Origin: the human T2T-CHM13v2.0 reference genome, Homo sapiens
DNA: 64,000 nt
NCBI RefSeq assembly: GCF_009914755.1
Contig: NC_060929.1
Reading direction: 5' to 3' (one strand)
In this document: piece by piece, positions 14,291-27,398 of the stretch
Layout of the letters: each line of letters begins with the position of its first letter
How positions within the stretch are numbered: position 1 is the stretch's first letter
The notes under the pieces: generated by a model
Told to the model about the DNA's origin: nothing
The model's input: only the letters and a program-made list of their open reading frames with translations
The model's database searches: none
Program-made: the position numbers and the translations under genes

Positions 14291-15941
14291 TATTCCAGCA
14301 GTCTAAATAGGCATTACTAAAACTATCTTCTATAAAAAATACATACAGACTCTTTACTGCCAGCATCAGAATGTAAAAAAAATGGAGACAAGTGCATGGT
14401 CTAAATTTTATTTTATATAATCTCTTTTTGTTTTAAGAAAGAAGACTATGGCTGTATTTTATACACTTTGTGGTCCACATTAAAATGTCAATTTCAATCA
14501 AGAAGCGAAATATTAAAGTAAGAGTAATAGCTAACCTCTGTTTTCTGGTATTATTTGGCAAAAAAAGAAAACGAAGCATGAAAGTCAGTAACTGAACTAA
14601 TCCCTGATCCTTACTGACAACTTAAATCATTTGACATATTGCAATATTTTCCTGCAATTTCCAGTGATTTGCTTAAAAACTGCTTCTACCTACTATTCAA
14701 GCCAGCATAGATATAAGCACTTCATGGACATTTCATAAATCTAACAAAACCATAACAATGAGCACTGCCTCAATGTTTACATTTAGATTTAAGGGTAAAT
14801 TAGAGTAATAAAAGAAAATCTTGGAGCAATTAGAGCTAATAAAATAATTCACATGGTTATCTCCTTTTCCTGCTCTCATGGTCTCTGTTGATGCTCAATT
14901 GCCTGCAATTGCTCAAGGAAGACAAGACATTAATCTCCTAGTTGAAGATACTCCAGTCACCCGCCATGCCCTCTCATTGCCTTGCCATTCTAGTTTCTGT
15001 TTTCAACACTATAGATAAACTGTCTTGAACACAGGCTCCTCCAAAGTTATTCTGCAGCTTCTTCTAGGAGAGCCACTTTCTCCTTCATTAATTCTAACCC
15101 CCAACGCAAACTTGATCAATGCTTCACATCCAAAAACAGCCCCAAGGCCACCACTGTTATCTTGGACAACCAATGTTGATGCCATTTTTGCCCCCTGTAC
15201 TCTCACCAATTGCTTCTAGCCATTAGGAAAACAAGATCTGAATTTTTTCATTCCCTAGGAGAAAGCTGCTACAATGCTTCTGACATAGAGGAAGGCTGCA
15301 AGGGAAGCCTAACTGAGTAAGCTACGGTCCTTTCCTAAAGACATTGTCTGCTCAGTCAGGAAACTATATCAATTCCAACGCATCATAGGAAAGTGCTTCT
15401 GTAGGCCCTTTTTAATACTAAGCAGGGCTAACAGTTTTCTCCACAGTGAAGTCCGGTGGTAGTCCCCAGATCCCACAGGGTTTCTGACTTCCCCACATCC
15501 CCCTAGACAGTTCTGGACTACCAAACAAGAAATTATCCAAAGTCTAGAGAGTACAAAATACTTTGACCATCTGCTCTTTTCTAATTGAACTTAATTTGCA
15601 TAGAAATCTGTTGTGGGGTGGAATTCTGACAGTAGATTTCTAGTGTACGTATGCAAATACAAAGAGTACATCAAAGTTCAATTTGAGGCAATGAATGTTA
15701 ACACTACTGACTCCTTGTCAGTCCCCAGTATTAGGAAATAGTTTGGTTTAGTGCATTTATTTTCATGTTGGTGATATGTTTATACTGGGCCCTTAGCACA
15801 TCTGTTGCCCAGCCCAATCTATGGCCCAGAGAATGTTAGTTTTTGGTGACATACCCTCTAACAATTAGAGTGGTTGTAACCATAGAGTATTGCAACCACT
15901 CTAATTCTTATACAAGTCTGTATAAAACTAACTTGTTCTTA

Positions 15942-16303
<362 letters not shown>

Positions 16304-16954
16304 TTAACTGAGGTAGATGTCTCATATAAATCAATATACAATATAGAATACCAGAATTGGAACACAAGATAGATTTGAAAAGAATGTTGAAAGTTACTTT
16401 TTAACAATATAGAGGTGAGGCTTCTGAAGCAAGTTAGAAACTCAAATGTTAAGACTAGAGAACGCATCCACAATTAAACCTATAGCAAACGCATCCTTAC
16501 TTTCAATCCCAACTCCAAGCTCTGAAGGTTTGACGTCTGTATTGTAGCTTTTCTCCGTTCCTTTCCCACAACCACTCCTTGGATCAGGCCATGACTGCCT
16601 TTAACCTAGATTACTAACACAGCTTCCTAACAGATCTCCCTGATATTTCATAACTGAAGCCAGAAGGACCTTCCTAAAATGCAAATCCAATTATGTCATG
16701 ACCCACGCCCACCCATTTAAAATCCTCCAGTAGATCTCTATGACTTTCAGAAGAGAATCCAAACATTTTCATATAGCACAAAACTAAATTTTTTGTGATG
16801 ATGTTGTTTTTAGACATTGTATCTCTCTCTCTCTGTCATCCATGCCCTACACTTCAGTTAAAACACATGAGTAGCTAGTACCAAAATGTCCCACATCGTG
16901 CTGTACTTCTGTGTTGAAGCTTCTATTACTGTTTTTCAAAATCAAATTTCTTTG

Positions 16955-17254
16955 GGTCAGGCACAGTGGCTTATGCCTGTAATCCCAGCACTTTGGGAGG
17001 CCAAGGCAGGCGGATCACAAGGTCAGGAGTTCAAGACCAACCTGGCCAACATAGTGAAACCCCATCTCTACTAAAAATACAAAAAAATTTGCTGGGCGTG
17101 GTGGTGGGTGCCTGTAATCCCAGCTACTCAGGAGGCTGAGGCACGAGAATTGCTTGAACCTAGGGGACGGAGTTTGGAGTGAGCCGAGATCACGCCACTG
17201 CACTCCAGCCCGGGCAATGGTGCGAGACTCCATCTCAAAAAAAAAAAAAAAAAG
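16955..17254 (+). mobile_element. AluS (Sg-like) SINE
   Basis: Full dimer with poly(A). 16-bp TSD aaatcaaatttctttg at 16939-16954 and 17255-17270. Confidence 0.95.
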
Positions 17255-20069
17255 AAATCAAATTTCTTTGGAAATTAACAATTCATTAGGACAGGTTTGA
17301 TGAAACCTGAAAGAAAGATTTCATGATTTTCTTAGGCAAAAAATTATCTAATGTAATTATATATATTATTAAAGTTAAAGATGATGGGGCTGGGTGGATG
17401 TGGGGAAGTAAGGGGAAAGTTGACTTGAATCACCAATGCAGAAGCCACTTTATACAACTATTATGAGCCATGAAATTATTTTTAAAAGCCACATGGAAAC
17501 TTTTTTATTCTAAATGTATTTTTTCTGAATAATTCTTTCAGAAGCAATCAAGGTAAAAGACTTTGACTTTTGCATAACTATACTATAGGCAGTCACAGTG
17601 TATCAGTTTGACCTCACTGCTTTCTGAGCTGACAAGTCTCAGGCATTTGATGAAACCAATATCCACCCATGCCATAGAGTAGAACAATATTTAGACATGG
17701 TTTAATGGTGCTCCAGAAAGTATTCAAAAGAATGTTGAAAGTTACTTTTTAATGTATTTTACTTTTTATAAGTAGACAATATGCTTTTAATATTGATTTC
17801 CCATTTATTATTTTAAAAAGTCTCAAAGGTTGACAAATTTTGAATTGCAGAACAAGTACTTAAATAATAAAATATAGATTATACTACCTTCAACATGGGG
17901 TGCCGTGAAGTAGGGGGTGATGTAGGGAGGATTCCAAATGGGAGGAGCAACAGGTCCAAATAAGGAGAGAGGGAGAGAGAAAAAGGGAAAGAAAGAATCT
18001 TTGCCAAAGAAACTGTCTTGTATAAAGCTGAATATGTTTGTTCTATGAATACTTCACATAACTTTAAAATTAGGCCAATATTTGAGAAGAACAGGCCTAA
18101 GAAATACATATCTTTTTGGTTAGAAAATACCAAAGAAGAAGTTATGTAATCCAAAAAAAAAGACAAGAAACTGGCCAAAAGAAATCAAGAAGAATTGTGA
18201 AATGTGTAAGATGCCCTAAAGGTAGCTGAACATATGTGCATAACTGGCATTTTTCCCAATTCAACCCATGAGGCTGCTATATTTCTCAGTAATAGGAAAT
18301 AGGCCTTATTTACCCTGATGAAAAAGAAATCCCTTTAACTAAATATTAAGACATACTAGATTTCAACATCTCTCCCGTTGCAGACACTCAGTAAATATTT
18401 ACCTTTACTATTAATCTCAATAAATCTTGGAATTATGCTTGTTCAGGGATACAAAAAATCTAAAAGAAGTCCCCTAGATAAAAATTATGCAACCAATATG
18501 TAACTTGCTTTTGGATTCAATTTCAAAGAGAAACTTTAAGTTTGAAGGCTGATAATTCATTTTGGATATTATGTTGTCTTTGTGTTTTCCATGACTTTTC
18601 AAAATTAAGTAAAGTTCTTTTCCTGTCCAAAAAACTCACATTTGGAAGACTAGTGTAAAAGAGATTTTCAAGTCCTTTGAAACCAAATCTCCTTCATTAT
18701 AATATAATGCCAAATTGCTATAAATTCAAAAGGATCTATGTCAGGAATTCTGAGTCTGAAACTCATGTCTGTGACCTCTTTTTTATGACAGAGTATATGT
18801 ATAATTTCCTTAATATTTGCAAAATGTATCTTGACTGCATTTTATTTTTTCTCTTACTTTTTATAATATTGTTGTCTTGGAGTAATATATTCTTTCTTTT
18901 TAGAGAAATATAACAACAAAATAAGAGAAATTATAGTTTATTTTACTGGATGTACTTGTAAAATTAATGTCCAGATTAATGTCTTCATTTCAGAAAGAAT
19001 GTATATATCTGAAAGAATCTTCATTTTTAAGACTATTTTCATTCGTTGAAAATAAGCCTACTCAGAAGCATACTGTAGATTTTACGTTATAGCAGATATT
19101 TAAATGAAATATTTATCCTATAACATTGCTTTCAACCAAGGTATATTCTTCAGTGATTTGTGGAAACAGATATTAACATTAAGAAAGAAAAAAAGTTCAT
19201 GCATCTTATCATTATACCAATCTAACTGGAACTGTCTTTCTCTTCGATTTCCCCTTCTCATTACACAAACTGATTCTATCTGCAAATATTATGCAAAATT
19301 TTTTGGTTTGGAAATTAGGAGCCTCCAAAAGCTAGTATTACAGAGGTCAGCTAAGTATAAAGTTTCTTGTGACTAGTAAGGATTTATTTTGGCAAACCTT
19401 CAAATCAGAACTGACTTAAAGAATGAGTATGAAGACCCCTCAATGACACAGGAAATAAAAATTTCTGCCAAAAGGTAATTTATGTATAGCTTATCTATTT
19501 CACTTACTTAGGAAAATAGGCCCACAACTTAGAGCACTCATGAGCTTGAATTTTCATATTGTACCAACTCTTTAAAATTACATATACATATGTATATGTT
19601 TGCTGTATGTATTTTGTGCATATGTATGAATTATATATACATATATAAATATAGTTATGGTATTATTAAACATGTAAACCTATTTTATAAATATATATTC
19701 CATTATGAGGCACACACTAGAACCCATCAAAAATTTTACAGCTTATTCCCCAGTGACTCATTTATGATGCTGACAAGTTTTATAATGAGCAGGTAGTATG
19801 TTCTAGAACCCTACATGTCCTGCTATATCCATCAAGTAATATACAGGATTAAATTTTTTTAGACAACAAATTGTAAACAAATGACTATCTTTCTATTTAG
19901 AAATGCAAATTAGTTATAGATGCAAATAAATGAAGAATCATGAAGGAACAACCTGGGACACAGTCAGGCATAAATGCATGAGGATAGGAAGAATGAGAAT
20001 CTTGGCAATGGTGTCAAAAACTTTTAGTTCTACCCCCAAGTTGTCCAAGTGCTCATAATAAGTGAGTAC

Positions 20070-20300
20070 TTTATCCCCACTAGAGTTGTTTTCTTCCAGA
20101 GCATTTTCATATATATTGTTCATATTTTAATTTTAATTTTCACAGAAACCATACAATATACAAAGAGCAATTAGTATTCCATTTTAGAGATGAAGAAATA
20201 AGTTTATGTTAGGTTAAGTAAGCTACTTAAAGTGATAGAGTCAAGGTTAGAATCCACAGGTCCAACTACAAGATGGTAGTATTTCTATAGACACACTGAG
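20070..20300 (-). mobile_element. MIR SINE
   Basis: ccattttagagatgaagaaataag...aggttaagtaagctacttaaagt, MIR core in reverse. Confidence 0.55.
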
Positions 20301-20424
20301 CACAAATGTTTCCAACAATGCATTGATCCCTCAATGAAATTTTTATGCTGGAACACAACACAAATAGCAAGTAAGTAAACCAGTGAAATCAGACTTCATT
20401 CTCTTCCTTTATTTTCAAGTCATG

Positions 20425-20465
20425 GTGCTCGCTTTGGCAGCACGTATACTAAAAATTGGAAAGAC
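20425..20465 (+). pseudogene. 3'-truncated, tailless U6 snRNA retrocopy
   Basis: gtgctcgctttggcagcacgtatactaaaaattggaa matches the U6 5' end (GTGCTCGCTTCGGCAGCACATATACTAAAATTGGAA). Flanked by exact repeats attttcaagtcatg at 20411-20424 and 20466-20479. No poly(A). Confidence 0.93.
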
Positions 20466-20554
20466 ATTTTCAAGTCATGGTAATCAAGTGCTCAGTTGTT
20501 AAATACCTTTCAACCTCTATTGCTGCTCTTTCTGGGGCCAGTGGTGTACATTTT

Positions 20555-21672
20555 TGTAACATATCATGATTTCAGTTTTTTTATAATTTTCTAATACATT
20601 ATGATTTTAAGTTTTTCTTTGTCTGATACTATGAGGCTGAAGTAAACGAAAGGAGGCTATGAAACGGAAGAAATTTCTTGCAGAGAAGAGAATGAGGAAA
20701 GACTGGCTGCTTTGGGTGTTAAATTGTGTGAAGAAGTAGATAGAAGAACCAAATGAAATTCATGTCTTGACGTCAGTGCCCAAGGCACTGGAGAAAGAAG
20801 CTGTCTTCGATATCTTGAGGAGAATACCAAAAACAAAAAGACTTGGCCCCACTTCTCATTTGGAACTCTAGGAGGAGATGGCTTTGCAGCAATTCCACCA
20901 CCACAATTGACTTGGGAGTTACCAAAGCAGAATACTGGTGAAGGGCAGACAAAGAACCTGAGCTAATACTTGGAAGCTGTCCTCTTCTATGTGGTGCAGA
21001 AGGGACTTAGCAGCTTCTTTGTGCCGTGGGGCAGGAATAGAAGGTAACTGAATGTCCAGCTGGAGGACATGCCCATAGCATAGGAAGGGCAAATGGAAAA
21101 TAGGAGGCCCAGCCTCTCCCTATACATTCTCCAGAACTAGGGGAAGCTAGGATGGAACTCATTAGAAAGTGAGGGAAGTCTCTTGAGAAGTACAAAACCC
21201 AGGCCATGAAAATAGACCACGAGGTATACCAGTTCTGAACTACAACAGTGGGAGACCAGGACACCCCATACATTATCAACCAGCCATGCCTCAGCAGAGG
21301 CCAGCCAATACTCACCTGAGATCAACATAGTTACTCAGCAGCCAAGACCAGCACAAAATCCAGGGTACCCCTCTCCCACACCAGTGCCCTGAGATTATCA
21401 ATATTTCTCCTGAGCCCAGGTGCTATTTTGGGAGAAAGAGATTAGTCTGTGGACTGCTCAAGAGGCCAATTAAACTGGAGGAGTCAGAAGTACCCCAAAC
21501 CCATAAATTTAAAGTTACAGGTTAGGTGGATTTTTAAAGCCTCTATTACATAGCACATTTAGCACAGGATGGGGAAATTTTAGTGAGCAAAATTATACCA
21601 GTTATAGAATAAAGAAGTAATGTTTTCTTTAAACATCTAAGCAGACTGTGAATAAAATTTTAAACCGCTACA
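20555..21672 (+). mobile_element. Possible ancient LTR element, family not assigned
   Basis: TGTAAC...AATAAA...CTACA-like termini around a compositionally distinct block. Recognition is weak. Confidence 0.3.
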
Positions 21673-22964
21673 GAACCAATGCACATTTGAGATTCAAAAA
21701 GATGAAAAGTATATAAATAATCCTCTCTGTTTTTTAACCTTTTTCTCTTTAGTCACTCAACTATTTTTCTTCTTCATTATCCTCCCCTTTTGGTTTTATT
21801 TGCCTTTGAAATAAGATGACATAGAAACTGAAAAAAACAGAATGGCCCTCCAAAGCATATGAGTATTTGTTCTAGTCTGCTGTTAACTCATTTGGATACC
21901 AAAGCAAATAAATGACATTTTTTCACCTTACTAAACTTTATAAAATAGGGATAACATATAAATTCACTTCAAATAAAGTTGAGAGCAAGAGCTTTAAAAA
22001 ATGCTTTTAAATCATTTTGCAAATATACAATATAAATCATTCTATATTTTTCCAACACTTCCCAGAAGAGATTCAAGGCCTTGTCCTACTCTCCAGAGGT
22101 CAAGATAAAGTTAGGAGAACGCCCTTCTGCTCTGTTACCTTTCCTAGTACCTATTGACCGAACCAGATGTTGGCAGGTATAAAATCTGAGACAGCTGGTT
22201 ATCCAACCCCTTAGGGCCAAATGCTCCAAAAAATCACTTTTTTTTTTTTGCAGCATACATCCTGATTCAGAATCTCTGAGCTAATTATCAGGGTTGCGAT
22301 TCTCAAACTAATCATTTCTACTATGCCTCCAGAGTAAGATAGAATCTAAAAATTAACACTTAGTATGCAGAGTTGTACACAGACAAAACTCAGATGGCCT
22401 ATGCAGGTTTAAATTGTTAAAGCAGTTTTCATTAATATTTATGCTCTTTTTAGGTATATAAAATCATGAAAATCTATTTACTGAGCTCTATGAGTGCATG
22501 CACCACACTTCACAGAGGAACCAAGAAGAAACTTGTTTCCTACCCTTTGTTGAACTCAGAATTTACAAAAGGAGTAATGCAGACAAAGAAGCAAATATGC
22601 ACCTGACCTTGCACAAAAGTGAAAATTAAAAACATGCAGACTTCAGTGTATGGATTTGGCCACAGGACAATTGGTAATGAGAGTTACAGGCCATATCATT
22701 CCTTTTCTTGTCAGTCCATAAAGACTGACTGAAGTCAACAGGACTCAAATTGTACCAAGTTACATAGGGAAGAATGAAAGAGTTGTGATTGGCAAAGAGT
22801 GTGAAAGTATACTGATTATACTGATCATTGAAAACAGGAATTGCAAAACCTCAGAAAGAAGAAATGAAAAAAAAATTTCTGACAGTTGTTGAAATTTTGC
22901 TTAGTGCTAGGAAGAAGATAGACAACACAATCCATTATATATCCATATCATGACACACACTGGG

Positions 22965-23190
22965 GACAGGGCAGTAGAGTGGTGATGAGTGAAATCAGAT
23001 TACCCAGGGTCAAATACCTCCATAACCTTTGACAAGGTGCTTACCTGCAGTTTCCTCCTGTGTAAAATGGAGATAATTTTAAACCCCTACCTAATGTCAT
23101 AGAATTAAGAAATAACACTTGAAGTTTTTAATACAGAGCATGACATAAGCACTGAATACAGTTAATTGCTGATATTATTGTTATTACTTT
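22965..23190 (+). mobile_element. MIR SINE
   Basis: cagtttcctcctgtgtaaaatggagataat core and catgacataagcactgaatacagtt 3' end. Confidence 0.7.
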
Positions 23191-23371
23191 TATTCAGAAG
23201 TGGATTTCTGGAATTGGTCTTAGAAAAATGTAAATACCAATCTCATTTCCAATGTCAGTGTTACGTAGTAACCAATATTGCAGAGCCTGAAGTTTTTTTC
23301 ATAAAAGTAAAACAAAATTGCTTATTAACCCCTCTAAATATATGATTCATTTATCATAAAGATATTAATAC

Positions 23372-23657
<286 letters not shown>

Positions 23658-24039
23658 AATATTAATACTTTTTATATCAAGATTTTTTGACGATTAAATA
23701 ATATTATGCAGGCAAAATGCTTAATACAGTTCCTGGCACATCATAAGTGTTAAAAAACTGTGAGTTGCTCTTATCCTCCTTCACCTCCTCTTCCTCATCG
23801 TCATCACCTGAGTTATTTAACATTATCAACTGGGCAAGGAAAAATTAGGGCTCAGATAAAGGATGTGATATTGAGGGGGAAAATGAAAGAAAAATGTGTG
23901 GAGGATAGATTTTTCTCGGCCTACATTATGCAAACTGAGAGATGTGGAATTGATTCTTTCTGGGATACAGATAAAGGCTGGGTAAATGAAGCTGAGACAA
24001 GTAGGAGCCTTGGTCCTGATCACGGAAGGAATTGTGATT

Positions 24040-24265
24040 ATGCTTTTACTACATGCATTGTTTGTGCTAAATGCTTTACCAACATTAGCTCTTGTAGTCC
24101 CCACAGCAACCCTGGAAAATTGGAGCTATTATCATCACCCCTCTATTATCAACCTACATTTTCACCAGAGAGAGTGTTTGCTCAGAGTCCCATGACTAGT
24201 GGGGGAAAGAGGCAGAACCTGAAGCCATGTCTACCTGATGTCAGTTCAAGCTCTTACCTACTACG
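24040..24265 (-). mobile_element. MIR SINE
   Basis: tgtgctaaatgctttaccaacattagctc...cacagcaaccctg...ctattatcatc. Confidence 0.55.
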
Positions 24266-27200
24266 TGACACCGGGAGCTTTGAAGGAGGGGCAGAGAAAC
24301 ACAAGGCAAGAAAGAGCATGTTTCTATGAAACTTTTAACTTAAAAGACAGAGCTCTCCAAGCATTCTCTCATCACAGACAGATCCATTCCTCCAGAAATG
24401 TGTTGGATTTTTATCATTTAAAACTATACACGATTTTAGAATGTTTTTCTGCACACTTCCAGGTGGAAAATTATTCTACTCATGCTGAGCATTGACTACA
24501 GTATTTCATGAAGCCTACTTTAAACAGTTCCCAGGTGAAAAGGGGAGCTTGTGTTAATTGAGAACTAAGCCTAGTCACCAAAAACAAGTCAGTAAATAAG
24601 TAAATTAGTAAGATAGTGAAGAAATGCATACATGCACACATAAATTAAGCATTTGGGACAAAATCAAACTTGAAAGAGAACTCAATTACTTATAATCATG
24701 AGATATTTTCTCATCTTCCACACACACTTTCAATTTCTTTATCAATAAATGTCAAAAGTTGAAAATATCCATAGACCAGAAAACCAAGGTATCTGAATGC
24801 CAAATAAGAGTACTACATATTACACTTCCAAGAGGGCCCACAATCAATGAAATAAATCCTATGAATTTTTATCTTTGGGTGTTATTAAATCGACCATAAC
24901 TAACTTTTAAATAAATTGAATCCCTCATCTTAAAAATTCCTGGCTATGTGAATACAAAAGTATGGACCAGATAGTAAAGTTTTTATTTTTCCAATTTTGG
25001 CTTGATTACTTTTTTTAACCCCAAGTAAATGGGAGGAAGCAAGAATTGTAACTTATTTTTACTAAGTACCAATAACTTTTAGAGCACATATTATAGATTC
25101 CAGTTAAATTAAAAGTTGAGTCAGGTAGAACGCACAATTACATCTTTCCACCATCCTCATTAAATTTCAGTTCAACGGGGAATGCTGTCATTTCTTCCTC
25201 CAATTTTCCTATTATACTTGTATTTTAGGCCAATACCACTGATATTCTGTAGCAACTACTTTCAGACTTTAACCAAATAGCATTACAGTACTAATAAGCA
25301 CAATGTTTGTTTCAAATTTTTCTATACAACTATTGTTTTTGTGTGAATAATCACAAATTGTTTCAAAACAGACCCTGATGACTACTTAGCAAAAATCAAC
25401 AGGCAAAGTTGAGGTCTAAAGTTTTCTCCTGAGGCATCTCTGCAGTAAATTGTGTTCCTTACAACAACTTCAGCTATCTAATTTTTCAAATCTTGCTGGA
25501 ATAACAAGTGGCAAATTAGTGGATCTATCACATAAATGCTATTTACAGTTTCTTATAGTACACCCTTACTTCATATTCAAGTTTTGTCTGGATATAATTG
25601 ACTTAACAAGCAAGTATTTATTACACTTACTGCTGGAAAACATTAATTACCTTTGATCCTGCTGAACCTCACACCCATTTACTTTATAAAATTTTGACCA
25701 GGTTAAAACGTTACTTAGATGATTATAATGCATCTTATATTCGCAATTTTTAATAGAGACTGTTGAATCTGTAGGAGTCCCAGAAACTTATTTACACATA
25801 TTCAGAAATCTGAGGCAAAATATACCTATGATTTAACAGTGAATTACATTATTCCAGAAGATATTGTGCTGTACAATGAAAGTAAATTCAATAGTTATAC
25901 CTTTTTGAACTTGATAGGGCCAATGTAATTCAGAGAATATAACATTTTATGCCTTTGTTAATGTGACCAAGGCCCTGAAAGGACACTGTAACACATCCCT
26001 CTCTGTTAAAAAATTAAATAAAGACCATGTGATCTTTAATTTCTGGAATAACCTAAATTTTATGTCTCATCTTCAAGATTCATTGCTAAAAGTTGTTTCA
26101 GGTGTTAGAAGTGTTCTGAAAATGAATCAGGCAGAAACATTGTCAGGATGCTCAAAGTATATTGTATGCATAAATGATTGCATGGTCAATAGCTTGTATA
26201 CTAAGCTCATTTCATTTATGCAAAATTACCAATATGCATTTCCAACTATATAAAAATTAAGTAGGGCAGGCAATTTTCCTTACTTTTGCACTCAATGGGC
26301 ACATATAGTAGACTAGGGTGCAGAAAGGGGAGATATGGCTTCCTGTCCTCTTGATCATCACAGTTCATGTAGGCCTCCCATAATCTGAGCATCCCATCAT
26401 GCTGAGTATAATTCTGATGTTTAACAGTATGCATTTTTGCTCTAGTGTGTCTTGTAAGCAAAAGCTAGCCAGTCATCTGCTTCTCAACTAAGGAAAGAGC
26501 AATTATTTTAAACACTTGGAGTAAAATATCAATATTTGGGGCTCAGCGAAACAATAGGTTATATCCATGTCCCATGTAACAACTTCTTAAGGGAATTTTA
26601 GTGTTATTTTGGCCCTATGCAATTTTTGCCCCTCTTGTTCATTTAAGAACCTGATTCTCACATAAAAGAAGTTTCCACTGTACCTAACCTCACTGCAACG
26701 ACCTGTTATCACAAAGATACTCCTGATCTCTCCATAGTGCCAAGAAACATTTTTCTTCAGTAAAAACTAGATTATATTTGAACATTTACATCTCACATGG
26801 AAGCATCACACACCCATAATGCATTGCATACTCATAATGCAATTTCCTTTGAATATGTAAATCTCAATAAATATGAATATTTACATCTCAAAGAAGATTT
26901 CACATAGAAGTAGAACATATCTATAATGCAAATTGATATTTGCTTAATACTACAGCCCAATTCAAAAAGTTAGTACTAAAATCCACTGGAGATGCCCAGT
27001 AAATGAGCATTTCCCCACCACACTGATGAGACGAGAGCAGGCCTAGCTTTTTATGGCAAAAGGTTTCATAAGACAGAAGAAAGAATAATTCAATATGTAT
27101 TCTTCCTGGAAAGATCCAGCTTGCCTCTAGGCCATTCTTAAATTAAAGGAAAGCCAACTGAGATTTTTTTAATCAATAAACAAATATTTACTGAGTCTCT

Positions 27201-27285
27201 ACTATGCACAAGGAACTGTCCTAGTTTCCTAGTTACCACAGAAAATATGGAAGTGTGCACAGACATGGCACACTTCCACACTTTT

Positions 27286-27398
27286 GCCAGACATGGCAGT
27301 GTGCACCTGTAGTACCAGTGACTCCAGAGGTAGAGGCAGAAGGATTGCTTGAGCACAGATGTTCAAGACTTAGTCTTCAAAAGAAAAAAGAAAAAAAC
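27286..27398 (+). mobile_element. FLAM or free Alu monomer
   Basis: gccagacatggcagtgtgcacctgtagtaccag...gaggcagaaggattgcttgagc...gttcaagac plus A-rich tail, inside L2 remnants. Confidence 0.75.

Noticed and set aside
23760-24329. 189-aa ORF
   Set aside because: Overlaps MIR remnants and a low-complexity tract, has no true ATG start and no recognisable domain.
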